NCBI GenBank assembly: GCA_963749705.1
Contig: CAVVNQ010000010.1
Location: 95,359-159,358, forward strand
From: an uncultured Chloroflexia bacterium
GTDB taxonomy: Bacteria; Chloroflexota; Limnocylindria; Limnocylindrales; CSP1-4
Direction: 5' to 3'
DNA length: 64,000 nt
The notes under the pieces are model-generated. The model had not been told where the DNA came from. It did not search any database and worked only from the letters and a program-made list of their open reading frames with translations. Of the stretch, positions 9,327 to 19,220 are shown in pieces (positions within the stretch are counted from its first letter, which is position 1; each line of letters opens with the position of its first letter). A program made the translations under genes and the position numbers.

Positions 9327-10073
9327 ATGCAGCTCCTCATCTTCGGCCCTGGCCGGCTGGGCGGCGCGATCGCCGGCGCGGCCACGGCCGCCGGCTGGCC
9401 GGCGCCGATCATGGTCGGCAGGTCCGGCGCCGGCCGTCTCGAGCGGCTGCCATCGGCCGATGTCGCGATCGATGCCTCCGACGGGTCGGCCGTCGCCGGC
9501 AACGTCGCCCGGGCGCTGGCGGCCGGGCACCGCTCGTTCGTGCTGGCAGCGACCGGCTGGAACGCCGATATCCCGACGGTGCGCTCGCTGCTGCTGGCAG
9601 ATGGCGCCCGGGCGGTCGTCGCCCCGAACCTGTCGCTCGGCGCGGCGCTGTTCCTGCGCCTCGTCGAGGTCGCGGCCGGCTGGTATGCGTCGGCCGGGAC
9701 GTTCGAGCCATCGATCGTGGAGTGGCATCGTCGGGGCAAGGCGGACCGGCCGTCCGGGACGGCGAGGGCGCTGGCCCGCCGGATCTCGGCCGCCGATCCG
9801 CGCTGGTCGATCGAGCCCGATGGCGATCACCGGCCACTCGAGGTCGTGGGGATCCGCGCGGGCGCGGCGCCCGGGACGCACCTCGTGACGTTCGATGGAC
9901 CGGGCGAGGTCGTCGAGCTGCGCCTCGCGGCCCGCGACCGGTCCGCATACGCGGACGGCGCGCTCGAAGCCGCCCGCTGGCTCGTCCGCGAATCGCGGGA
10001 GCCCGGCCTTCACTCGTTCGACGACGTCGTCGATGACCTGCTCGCGGCGGCTCCCGCCGCCGTCCACGCCTGA
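9327..10073 (+). CDS. dapB: 4-hydroxy-tetrahydrodipicolinate reductase
   Basis: GPGRLG, APNLSLG and EWHRRGKADRPSGTA motifs. Confidence 0.88.
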   Translation: MQLLIFGPGRLGGAIAGAATAAGWPAPIMVGRSGAGRLERLPSADVAIDASDGSAVAGNVARALAAGHRSFVLAATGWNADIPTVRSLLLADGARAVVAPNLSLGAALFLRLVEVAAGWYASAGTFEPSIVEWHRRGKADRPSGTARALARRISAADPRWSIEPDGDHRPLEVVGIRAGAAPGTHLVTFDGPGEVVELRLAARDRSAYADGALEAARWLVRESREPGLHSFDDVVDDLLAAAPAAVHA

Positions 10074-10097
10074 CAGCCGACCCGAAGGAGAACCGCC

Positions 10098-11111
10098 ATG
10101 ACCCGCACGACCCGACCCACCGCCCTTGCCTCGACCCACGTCCAGCCCCGCCTTCGCGGCGCGTTCACCGCGCTCGTCACGCCATACACCGCCGACGGCC
10201 GAGTCGACGAGGCTGCCTATCGCCGGCTCGTCGCATGGCAGGCCATGGCGGGCATCGACGGCCTCGTCCCGGTCGGCACGACCGGCGAGGCGCCCACGCT
10301 GTCCGCCGGCGAGCGGGAGCGCCTGATCGAGATCGCGATCACCACGATCGCCGAACGGTCGACGCGCCGGGTCCCCGTGATCGCCGGCACCGGCACCAAC
10401 GACACCCGCGCGACCATCGAGGCCACCCGCCGCGCGGCCGCCCTCGGCGCCGACGCCGCGCTGATCGTCACCCCGTACTACAACCGGCCGGACCAGCGGA
10501 TGCTCGACGCCCACTTCCGCGCGGTCGCCGACGAGGGCGGGCTGCCGATCGTCGTCTACAACGTGCCGTCGAGGACGGGCTCGAACGTCACCGCCGACAC
10601 GTTCCTGCGGCTCGCCGAGCACCCGCGCGTGATCGCGGTCAAGGAGGCGAGCGGCAACATCGAACAGATCGCGGTCATCTGCCGCGACCGGCCCCGGGAC
10701 GTCGCCGTCCTCGCCGGCGACGACGCCGCCATGCTGGCGGTGCTGGCGATGGGCGGCGACGGCGTGGTGTCCGTGGCGAGCAACGAGATCCCGGGCGACG
10801 TGGCCGCCCTCGTCCGGTCCGCGCTCGAGGGCGACTGGGCCGGGGCGCGCGCGATCCACGACCGCTGGCTGCCGTTGTTCCGGGCCAACTTCCAGGGCGC
10901 GCCCAACCCGGTTCCCGCAAAGGCCGCGATGGTCGCGATGGGGCTGCTCGAGCGCGACGACCTGCGGGCACCCCTGCTCCCGCTCGACGACGGGCCGCGC
11001 GAGCGCCTGGTCGCGCTGCTCCGATCGCTGGGGCTCGTGGACGGCGGTGGGCGCCAGCCGGTCGCCCGCTCGGTGGGGCGGACCACCGCCGATACGGCGG
11101 CCGTCGCGTGA
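10098..11111 (+). CDS. dapA: 4-hydroxy-tetrahydrodipicolinate synthase
   Basis: GTTGE, TPYYN, YNVPSRT and VKEASG motifs. Confidence 0.95.
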   Translation: MTRTTRPTALASTHVQPRLRGAFTALVTPYTADGRVDEAAYRRLVAWQAMAGIDGLVPVGTTGEAPTLSAGERERLIEIAITTIAERSTRRVPVIAGTGTNDTRATIEATRRAAALGADAALIVTPYYNRPDQRMLDAHFRAVADEGGLPIVVYNVPSRTGSNVTADTFLRLAEHPRVIAVKEASGNIEQIAVICRDRPRDVAVLAGDDAAMLAVLAMGGDGVVSVASNEIPGDVAALVRSALEGDWAGARAIHDRWLPLFRANFQGAPNPVPAKAAMVAMGLLERDDLRAPLLPLDDGPRERLVALLRSLGLVDGGGRQPVARSVGRTTADTAAVA

Positions 11112-11932
11112 CCGCGCCGTCCGTTCGCGCGGAGACCCGGTCCTCGATCCTCGACGACCTCGATGCCGGGCATCGCCGCGCCGCCGTGCCGGACTCGTCG
11201 GCACCCGGCGGCTGGCGCACCGATCCCGAGGTCAAGGCCGCGATCCTCACCTGCTTCCGCGACCGGCGCACGGTCACCTCGACCGCGGGTGGGGGCCTTG
11301 CCTTCCGTGATCGGGTGGGGCTCCCGTCCAAGCCGCTCATCGATGGTCCGCTCGCGACGGCGGCGCTCGATGCGGGCCGGCCGTGGCGCATCGTGCCCGG
11401 CGGGACCAGCATCCGTGCGGGCGTCCACCTTGGGCCGGGCGTCGTGGTGATGCCGCCATCGTTCATCAACATCGGGGCCTGGATCGGGGAGGACACCATG
11501 GTCGACTCCCACGTGCTCGTCGGCTCGTGCGCCCAGGTCGGCGCCCGGGTCCACCTCGCCGCCGGCGTGTCGATCGGGGGCGTGCTCGAGCCGCCCGGGG
11601 CCCGTCCCGTGATCGTCGAGGACGATGCCTTCGTCGGTGCGGGCTGCCGGCTCCTCGACGGGGTCCTGGTCGGGCATGGCGCGGTCATCGGGGCGGGAGT
11701 CGTGCTGACCGGGACCAGCCGCGTCTACGACCTCGTTCGGGAGCGCGTGCTGACCGGCACACCCGAAGCCCCGCTGGCCATCCCGCCGGGCGCGGTGGTC
11801 GTGCCCGGGTCCCGGCGGGTCGACGGCCCGTTTGCGGGCGAGCACGGGCTGTCCATCTCGGTCGCGCTGCTGGTCAAGGACCGCGACCCGGGTACCGATG
11901 CACGGGTCGCGCTCGAGGACGTGCTCCGGTGA
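11108..11932 (+). CDS. dapD: Tetrahydrodipicolinate N-succinyltransferase
   Basis: RIVPGG, NIGA, VGSCAQVG and IGGVLEP; hexapeptide repeats. Confidence 0.88.
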   Translation: MTAPSVRAETRSSILDDLDAGHRRAAVPDSSAPGGWRTDPEVKAAILTCFRDRRTVTSTAGGGLAFRDRVGLPSKPLIDGPLATAALDAGRPWRIVPGGTSIRAGVHLGPGVVVMPPSFINIGAWIGEDTMVDSHVLVGSCAQVGARVHLAAGVSIGGVLEPPGARPVIVEDDAFVGAGCRLLDGVLVGHGAVIGAGVVLTGTSRVYDLVRERVLTGTPEAPLAIPPGAVVVPGSRRVDGPFAGEHGLSISVALLVKDRDPGTDARVALEDVLR

Positions 11933-13371
11933 GTGCCGTCCGCCAGCCCGGGCCGGCGCCCGCCCGGAACGCTGCGCCCGTCCCGCGTCGCGGCCGGCCG
12001 CCCGCGCGCAACGAGATCCTGCGCGGCGGCCGGTTGGGCGGCCAGGATCCGGCGGCGCTCGCGGACCGGTACGGGACGCCGCTGTACGTCTATGACCTCG
12101 ACGTCGTCGCACGCCAGGTGTCGGCCCTTCGATCCGTGCTGCCGGCATCGTTCGACCTCGCCTACGCGGTCAAGGCCAACCCGAACCTTTCGGTCATGCG
12201 CCACCTGGCCGGGCTGGGGCTGGGCGCCGACGTCGCGTCGGGTGGCGAGCTGGGGCATGCGCTTCGGGCGGGGTTTGTCGCGGACCGGATCGTGTTCACA
12301 GGACCGGGCAAGCGCGACGAGGAGCTGGCAGCAGCGGTCGACGTCGGGGTTCGTGCCGTGACCGTCGAATCGCCCGGCGAGCTGCGCCGACTGGCCCGGA
12401 TCGCCGAGGGGCTCGGCCGTCGCCAGCCGATCCTGCTCCGCGCCGCCGCCACGGCGTCAGCCCCGCTCGAGCGCGTGCGCCTCGTCGGCGACGACGGCGC
12501 GGGCAAGTTCGGGATGGACCTTGTGGACGTCCGGGCGAGCGCCGCGGAGGCGATCGGGTCGTCGTGGCTCGATGTGCTCGGGCTTCACGTGTTCGGCGCC
12601 TCGAACGTGCTCGACGGCGGAGCGGTCGCCAGCCATGTCGAGGCAACGGTGCGCGCCGCCCGCGAGCTGTCGGTGGCGACCGGGTTCCGTCTCCGGCTCG
12701 TCGATGCGGGCGGCGGGCTCGGCGTTCCGTACGAGCCCCACGAGGCCGGGCTCGACCTGGCTGCCGTCGGGTCTCGCCTGGCGGCGCTCGAGGCGAGCAT
12801 GCTCAGGGACGATGTCACGAGGGAGGCCCGCGTCCTGCTCGAGCCGGGCCGGTACCTGGTGGCGCCCGCCGGCGCCTACGTGGCCAGGGTCGTCGACCGC
12901 AAGATGGTCGGCGGTCACCACGTGGTCATCGTCGACGGCGGGATCCACCATGTCCTGCGCCCGGTGCTGGTGGGCCAGGAGCATCGCGTCCGCGTCCTCT
13001 CGGGCGGTGCGACGACCACGGCCGCCCCGACCGTCATGGCCTCGACGGCCTCGGCCGCGGCCGGCCAGCGCCTTCCGGTCACGATCGCGGGGCCGCTGTG
13101 CTCGGGTCTCGACGTGCTCGCACAGGATGCGCTGTTGCCGCTGCCCGATCCCGGCGACCTGGTCGCGGTGCTCGACGTCGGGGCGTACGGGGCCACGGAG
13201 TCGATGCCGTTCTTCCTGTCGCACCCGCTCCCACCCGAGATCGCGCTGCGGGGCGGCGCCGCCTGGATCGCGCGACCGCGGATCGAGCCCGAGACGTGGC
13301 TCGCGTGGCAGGGCGACGAACCCGCCGACGCTGATCGGGCCGCCGTCGGCCGCGACACCCGCCGACGCTGA
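11929..13371 (+). CDS. lysA: Diaminopimelate decarboxylase (group IV PLP decarboxylase)
   Basis: YGTPLYVYD, YAVKAN, TGPGK, KFG, EPGRY, GPLC and GAYG motifs; operon context. Confidence 0.82.
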   Translation: MSAVRQPGPAPARNAAPVPRRGRPPARNEILRGGRLGGQDPAALADRYGTPLYVYDLDVVARQVSALRSVLPASFDLAYAVKANPNLSVMRHLAGLGLGADVASGGELGHALRAGFVADRIVFTGPGKRDEELAAAVDVGVRAVTVESPGELRRLARIAEGLGRRQPILLRAAATASAPLERVRLVGDDGAGKFGMDLVDVRASAAEAIGSSWLDVLGLHVFGASNVLDGGAVASHVEATVRAARELSVATGFRLRLVDAGGGLGVPYEPHEAGLDLAAVGSRLAALEASMLRDDVTREARVLLEPGRYLVAPAGAYVARVVDRKMVGGHHVVIVDGGIHHVLRPVLVGQEHRVRVLSGGATTTAAPTVMASTASAAAGQRLPVTIAGPLCSGLDVLAQDALLPLPDPGDLVAVLDVGAYGATESMPFFLSHPLPPEIALRGGAAWIARPRIEPETWLAWQGDEPADADRAAVGRDTRRR

Positions 13372-13401
13372 TCGGGCCGCCGTCGGCCGCGACACCCGCC
13401 G
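13321..13401. repeat. 37-bp tandem duplication across the lysA 3' end
   Basis: CCCGCCGACGCTGATCGGGCCGCCGTCGGCCGCGACA x2 plus a partial copy. Confidence 0.9.
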
Positions 13402-13451
13402 GGCCGCCGGCGGGCGCTGACCCGGACGACCGGGAGGGGCACAATCAACCC

Positions 13452-14390
13452 ATGCGGCGCCCCTATGTCATGCGACTCCGACGGCCGACGTTCCGTGGCC
13501 ATCGGACCCCGGTCGCCACCGCCGGGCAGAGCGTCCGCCGGCTGATGCTGCTCGGCCTCGGCTCCACCCTGATCGGCGCGGTGGTCTGGGTCGGGACCAC
13601 CCAGACCTTCACGGGTCAGCGGCTCGCGGACCTTGTCCTGTACGGACGGTTCGCCGCAGACCCGGCCGTCACGGGCGCGGCGACCGAAACGCTGGCCGCC
13701 GTCGACCTCGCCTTCGTCGCCACCGCCGCGCTCGGGCTGCTGACGCTGGCCCTCGCACGCGGCGGGGTCGGGCTTGCCATCGCGATGCTCGCGGTCCTGG
13801 GCGGATCCAACCTGACCGCGCAGCTGCTCAAGGACGTCCTCGAGCGGCCCGACCTGATCGGGACGGCGAGCTACGCGTACGGGAACAGCTTCCCGAGCGG
13901 CACGGTGACCCTCGCGGCGTCGCTCGGGTTCGCCACGATCCTGGTCGCACCCCGCCGGCTGCGGGTCCTCGTCTCCATCGGCGCCACCCTGCTCAGCGCC
14001 GCGGTCGGGTTGAGCACGATCACGACCGGCTGGCACCGCCTGGCCGACGTGGTGGGAGGCCTGCTGATCTCGCTCGCGTGGGCCGGTGTGGTCACCGCGG
14101 TCCTCGTCCGTGCCCAGGGCTGGATGCCGCGGCGCTCGTGGGGCAGCGGGTTCGGCGGCGGGGCGACGACGGTCGCCGGCATCCTCGGCTTCATCGCGGT
14201 CGTCGCCGGCGCCGCGGGGCTGGGCATCGCCCTGGTCGACCCGGCGCCGCTGGGCGACCTGATCCGTGACCGTGCGACGACACCGGAGTCGTACATCGGG
14301 GCGCTGGCCATCGCCGCGGGGGCGGCGGTCATCACGTCGGCGAGCTACGTCTGGGCAATGCGCGGGATCGCGCTGGAAGCGCCCCGATGA
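13452..14390 (+). CDS. PAP2-family membrane phosphatase
   Basis: KDVLERP, SFPSG and GWHRLADV motifs; multiple TM segments. Confidence 0.8.
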   Translation: MRRPYVMRLRRPTFRGHRTPVATAGQSVRRLMLLGLGSTLIGAVVWVGTTQTFTGQRLADLVLYGRFAADPAVTGAATETLAAVDLAFVATAALGLLTLALARGGVGLAIAMLAVLGGSNLTAQLLKDVLERPDLIGTASYAYGNSFPSGTVTLAASLGFATILVAPRRLRVLVSIGATLLSAAVGLSTITTGWHRLADVVGGLLISLAWAGVVTAVLVRAQGWMPRRSWGSGFGGGATTVAGILGFIAVVAGAAGLGIALVDPAPLGDLIRDRATTPESYIGALAIAAGAAVITSASYVWAMRGIALEAPR

Positions 14391-14549
14391 CCCCGGCCGC
14401 GGACGCCCCCGACCCGGTTCGCGGGGATGCCCGCTGACGCTGCGAGCATTGCGCAGTCGCGTGCCGGCGGACCGTTCTGACCCCGTCAGGTCCATTCGGC
14501 CGGCCACGACGGGCCGAACGGGCCGGCCCGGGGGAAGCAGCCCCTGCGA

Positions 14550-14567
14550 TATACTCCCCCTGAGTAT
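14550..14567 (+). promoter_or_regulatory. CsoR/RcnR-type operator overlapping a -10 box
   Basis: ATACTC-CCCCT-GAGTAT inverted repeat (TACT-C tract-AGTA) with TATACT at 14550-14555, directly before the copA start. Confidence 0.7.
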
Positions 14568-14570
14568 CAG

Positions 14571-17297
14571 ATGAGCACGAACACCGCGTCCCTCCCCACT
14601 GCGCCCCAGCCGATCGAGATCGTCCTCCCGATCGAGGGCATGACCTGCGCGTCATGCGTCAACCGGATCGAGCGGTTCCTCAACAAGACCCCCGGCGTCG
14701 AGCAGGCCGCGGTCAACCTCGCCACCGAGCGAGCGTCCGTGTTCGTGGACCCGGCGCTCGTCGGGCGCGACGAGCTGGTCCGGGCGGTCGAAGCAGCCGG
14801 CTACGAGGTCAAGGCCGAGCCGTCCGCGGACGTGGGGGCCATGGCCACCTCGCTCGAGGCGGAGGTCAGCGCCGACGATCTCGAGCGCGAGCATGCGCAG
14901 CGCCAGACGCTGTTCCAGGCGCTGGTCGCCATCGCGTCCGCTGTCGTGATCATGGTCCTGATGTTCGCCCCCCAGACGCTGGTGGCGATGGAGGACCTCA
15001 ACAAGCTGATCCTGTGGCCGGCGACGTTCATCCAGTTCTGGGCCGGTGGCCGGTTCTACCGGGCCGCCTGGCGGGCCGCACGACACGGCGGCGCGACGAT
15101 GGACACGCTGGTGGCCGTCGGCACCTCGGCCGCCTGGGGGTACTCCGTGTTCGTCACGATGTGGCCCGGGATCATCCACCAGGCTGGGCTGCGCGCCGAG
15201 TCCTACTTCGACAGCGCCACGATCATCATCGGCCTGATCCTGCTCGGCAGGTGGCTCGAGCAACGTGCCAAGGGCCGTACGACCGGCGCCATCCGGCGGC
15301 TGGTCGGGCTCCAGGCAACGACCGCGCGCCGGCTGCGAAACGGCGTGGAGGAGGACGTCGACCTCGCGGTGGTCGTCCCGGGCGACCTGCTGCGGGTGCG
15401 CCCGGGCGACAAGGTGCCGGTGGACGGGGTCGTCGTCGAAGGCACGTCACCGGTCGACGAATCGATGCTCACCGGGGAGCCGCTCCCGAGGACGAAGGCG
15501 ACCGGCGACGAGGTCATCGGTGCCACCCTCAACACGACCGGCTCGTTCGTCATGCGCGCCACGCGCGTCGGCCGCGACACCGCGCTCGCCCGGATCGTGG
15601 AGCTCGTCCAGCGAGCCCAGGGATCGAAGGCGCCGATCCAGCGGCTTGCCGACCGGATCAGCGAGGTGTTCGTGCCCGCGGTGATCGTCGTTGCCGCGCT
15701 CACGTTCGTGCTGTGGTTCGTGCTGGGTCCCGAGCCGCGGCTGACGCTCTCGCTCACCGCGTTCATCGGCGTCGTCGTCATCGCGTGCCCGTGCGCCATG
15801 GGCCTCGCGACCCCGACCGCGATCATGGTCGGCACCGGCAAGGGCGCCGAGGCCGGGATCCTCGTCCGCGGCGGCGAGGCGCTCGAGATCGCCGGGCGGA
15901 TCGACACCGTGGTGATGGACAAGACCGGCACGTTGACGCTGGGACGCCCGGCGGTGTCGTCGGTCATCCACGTGCCGCACCCGGCGACCGGGTCGGGGCT
16001 CACGCCGGACCGGGTGCTGGACCTCGCGGGCTCGCTCGAGACGGGCAGCGAGCACCCGCTGGGCGAGGCGATCGTGCGCAGGGCGCGCGAGACCGAGCTC
16101 GGCTTCCACAAGGTCGAGGGGTTCGAGGCGGTCGTCGGACGCGGCGTCCGCGGAACCGTCGACGGGTCCGCGGTGATCGTCGGCAGCCGGCGGCTGATGG
16201 CGGAGGCGGGCATCGACATTTCGGCGCTGCGCGCACCCGCGGAGGCGGCCGCCGCCGAGGGTGGCACGGTCGTATACGTCGGGATCGACGGCACGGCGGC
16301 CGCGCTGATCGCCGTCTCGGACCCGGTCAAGCCCGAGTCGGCTGCGGCCGTCCACGACCTCCGTGAGGCCGGCATCGACGTATGGCTGCTGACCGGTGAC
16401 GCGAGGGTCACGGCCGAGGCCGTCGCACGCCGGGTCGGGATCGCGCCGGACCACGTGATCGCCGAGGTGCTTCCCGAGGACAAGGACGCGACGATCGGGC
16501 GCCTCCAGGCCGACGGGCACCGGGTGGCCATGGTCGGTGATGGCATCAACGATGCGCCGGCGCTCGCCCGGGCCGATCTCGGCGTCGCGATCGGCACCGG
16601 TGCCGACGTTGCGATCGAGGCATCGGATGTCACGCTCGTGGGCGGGGACCCGCGCCTGGTGGCATCGGCCATCGCGCTGTCGCGAGCCAGCGTTCGGGTG
16701 ATCCGGCAGAACCTGTTCTGGGCGTTCGCCTACAACGTCGTGCTGATCCCGATCGCGATGGGCGCCCTGTACCCGGCATTCGGCATCGCGCTCAACCCGG
16801 CGATGGCCGCCGGCGCCATGGCCCTGTCATCGGTCAGCGTGGTGACCAACTCGCTCCGGCTGCGGGGGATCGACGTCCGGCCCGGGCACGTGGCCCAGCT
16901 GCGGCGCGGTCCGCTCGGGCTTGCGCGGGATGCCGTGTTCCTGGGTGGCGTCGCCGTGCTCGGGCTGGGCCTCGCCGGCGGGGTGCTGGCGGCCGACCGC
17001 GCGATCGATGCCGGCCTGCCGCACGTGGACGTCACCGCGCGCGACATGCGCTTCGTGCCCGCCGACCTGCACGTCACGGCGGGCGAGTGGGTGGTCCTCG
17101 AGTTCACGAACCGGGACACGGTCGTCCACGACTGGATGATCGAGGGGGTCGCGAACCTCGACGTCCCGGCGCGCCCCGGCCAGACGTCCCACCTCCGGTT
17201 CATGCTCGATACGCCCGGGACCTATCGGGTCATGTGCTCGATCCCCGGCCACGCCGCGGCGGGCATGGTCGGCACCCTGACCGTCGTCCCGGGTTGA
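14571..17297 (+). CDS. copA: Cu(I)-translocating P1B ATPase with a C-terminal cupredoxin domain
   Basis: GMTCASC HMA, TGE, CPC, DKTGT, SEHP, GDGIND, YN and MALSS; C-terminal H...[11 protein letters not shown] type-1 copper motif. Confidence 0.93.
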   Translation: MSTNTASLPTAPQPIEIVLPIEGMTCASCVNRIERFLNKTPGVEQAAVNLATERASVFVDPALVGRDELVRAVEAAGYEVKAEPSADVGAMATSLEAEVSADDLEREHAQRQTLFQALVAIASAVVIMVLMFAPQTLVAMEDLNKLILWPATFIQFWAGGRFYRAAWRAARHGGATMDTLVAVGTSAAWGYSVFVTMWPGIIHQAGLRAESYFDSATIIIGLILLGRWLEQRAKGRTTGAIRRLVGLQATTARRLRNGVEEDVDLAVVVPGDLLRVRPGDKVPVDGVVVEGTSPVDESMLTGEPLPRTKATGDEVIGATLNTTGSFVMRATRVGRDTALARIVELVQRAQGSKAPIQRLADRISEVFVPAVIVVAALTFVLWFVLGPEPRLTLSLTAFIGVVVIACPCAMGLATPTAIMVGTGKGAEAGILVRGGEALEIAGRIDTVVMDKTGTLTLGRPAVSSVIHVPHPATGSGLTPDRVLDLAGSLETGSEHPLGEAIVRRARETELGFHKVEGFEAVVGRGVRGTVDGSAVIVGSRRLMAEAGIDISALRAPAEAAAAEGGTVVYVGIDGTAAALIAVSDPVKPESAAAVHDLREAGIDVWLLTGDARVTAEAVARRVGIAPDHVIAEVLPEDKDATIGRLQADGHRVAMVGDGINDAPALARADLGVAIGTGADVAIEASDVTLVGGDPRLVASAIALSRASVRVIRQNLFWAFAYNVVLIPIAMGALYPAFGIALNPAMAAGAMALSSVSVVTNSLRLRGIDVRPGHVAQLRRGPLGLARDAVFLGGVAVLGLGLAGGVLAADRAIDAGLPHVDVTARDMRFVPADLHVTAGEWVVLEFTNRDTVVHDWMIEGVANLDVPARPGQTSHLRFMLDTPGTYRVMCSIPGHAAAGMVGTLTVVPG

Positions 17298-17323
17298 CGG
17301 CGCCCAGCCGGTAGACTCCGGCG

Positions 17324-17857
17324 GTGACCGATTCCCCGCTCGACCCCGGCTCGCCGGGGCCCGCCACGCGCATCCGCATCGACGTCCAGCCGGATCCTCG
17401 CGACCTGCCCGGCGACTTTCCCCACCGAATGGTCATCGACACCCGGTTCGGCGACACGGATGCGATGGGCCACGTGAACAACGCCCGGTTCCTGACCTAC
17501 TGCGAATCCGCCCGGATCGCGTACTGGGAATCGGCGACGGGCGAGCCCGTCGGCCTGCCCACGCACGGGGCCGAGGAGTCGCTGATCCTGGCCGACATCC
17601 ACGTCGCGTTCCGGACGCCGGCCTTCTTCGGCGAGACGCTGACCGTCGAGACGCGGGTGGGGACCGTCGGGCGCTCGTCGTTCTCGCTGGAGCACCGGAT
17701 CACCGCGGGCTCGTCCGCGCGCGGCCCGGCGCGCCTGGTCGCCACGGCCGAGGCGGTTCAGGTGCTGTACGACTACGCCACCGCCCGCCCACGCGCCGTC
17801 CCCGAGGCGACGATCGCGAAGCTCGAGGGGTACGAGGGGCGCTCGCTGCGCAGCTGA
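17324..17857 (+). CDS. Acyl-CoA thioesterase (4HBT/YbgC hotdog family)
   Basis: DTDAMGHVNNARF motif. Confidence 0.88.
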   Translation: MTDSPLDPGSPGPATRIRIDVQPDPRDLPGDFPHRMVIDTRFGDTDAMGHVNNARFLTYCESARIAYWESATGEPVGLPTHGAEESLILADIHVAFRTPAFFGETLTVETRVGTVGRSSFSLEHRITAGSSARGPARLVATAEAVQVLYDYATARPRAVPEATIAKLEGYEGRSLRS

Positions 17858-17888
17858 CCGGCCCCGGGCACGACGGATCCGGGCCGGG

Positions 17889-19154
17889 TCAGACCTCGAA
17901 CCGGCGGAAGATCGCGACCGCGTTCTGGCCGCCGAAGCCGAACCCGTTGACGGCGACCGTGTCCACCTTCGCCTTGCGCGCCACGAGCGGCACGTAGTCG
18001 AGGTCGCACGCCGGGTCCGGCGTGTGGAGGTTGGCGGTGGGCGAGATGACGCCGTCGCGGATCCCGCCCAGCGCGGCGAGGGCCGAGGCGATCCCGGCGG
18101 CGCCCACGAGATGACCGATCATCGACTTGGGGGAGCTGATCGCGCGCGTCGCCGCCGCCGACCCGTACGCCGCCTTGATCGCCGTCGTCTCGGTCGAGTC
18201 GTTGAGCGATGTGGACGTCCCGTGCGCCACGATCCAGTCGATCTCGTCGGGCGCGACGCCCGCGTTGCGCAGCGCGTTGGTCATCGCGCGCGCCTGTCCG
18301 CGACCGGACGGGTCGGGCGCCGAGATATGGAACGCATCCGCGGTCAACGCTCCGCCGATGACCTCGGCAATCGGGGTGGCGCCGCGGTTGAGCGCGTGCT
18401 CGGCGGATTCGATGACCACGACGCCGGCGCCCTCGCCCAGCACGAACCCGTCGCGGGTGAGGTCGAACGGGCGCGATGCGGTCTCGGGCGAGTCGTTGCG
18501 CTTCGAGAGCGCGGTCATGTTCGACAGGGCGGCCACGCCCATGGGCACGATGGGTGCCTCCGACCCACCCGCCAGGACGACGTCGCACTCGCCGGTCTGG
18601 ATGAGCCGCAGCGCGTCGTTGAACGCGATGACAGATGTGGCGCAGGCGGCCACCTGGGTCATCACCGGGCCGGTCAGGTGGTACTCCATCGACAGCATGC
18701 AGCCGGCCATCGAGCCCGACAGCGCCGGAACGGCGAACGCGGACACGAACCGGGGCCCCTTGGTGTCGTGGACGTGGGTGCCCTCGATGATCGCCTCGAT
18801 GCCGCCGCCGCCGGTGTTCACGACGACCCCCACACGGTCGCGCTGCTCGGGCGTCATCGCCGCGAAGTCGATCCCGCTGTCGACGACCGCCTGCTTGCCG
18901 GCACCCATGGCGAGGTGGATGAAGCGGCTCATCCGGCGCGCCATCTTGGGCTCCATCACCGAGGCGGGGTCGAAGTCGAGCACCTCGGCCGCGATGCGCA
19001 CCTCGAACTCGCTGGCGTCGAACGAGCGGATGAGCCGGGTGCCCGTCACCGCGTTCTGGAGGTTCGACCAGTAGGTCTCGAAGTCGTTGCCGATGGGCAT
19101 GACCGCTCCGAGACCCGTGACGACGGCTCGGCGCGCGAGGTCAGGGGAGGGCAC
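17889..19154 (-). CDS. fabF: Beta-ketoacyl-ACP synthase II (downstream copy)
   Basis: VVTGLG, AACATS, HGTST, KSMIGH and FGFGG motifs. Confidence 0.92.
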   Translation of the reverse strand: MPSPDLARRAVVTGLGAVMPIGNDFETYWSNLQNAVTGTRLIRSFDASEFEVRIAAEVLDFDPASVMEPKMARRMSRFIHLAMGAGKQAVVDSGIDFAAMTPEQRDRVGVVVNTGGGGIEAIIEGTHVHDTKGPRFVSAFAVPALSGSMAGCMLSMEYHLTGPVMTQVAACATSVIAFNDALRLIQTGECDVVLAGGSEAPIVPMGVAALSNMTALSKRNDSPETASRPFDLTRDGFVLGEGAGVVVIESAEHALNRGATPIAEVIGGALTADAFHISAPDPSGRGQARAMTNALRNAGVAPDEIDWIVAHGTSTSLNDSTETTAIKAAYGSAAATRAISSPKSMIGHLVGAAGIASALAALGGIRDGVISPTANLHTPDPACDLDYVPLVARKAKVDTVAVNGFGFGGQNAVAIFRRFEV

Positions 19155-19220
19155 GGCGCACCTTTCTGGAGACGAGGGCGACGCTGGGGTTGCGTCGCCC
19201 GGATTGTAGCGGGGCGAGGG

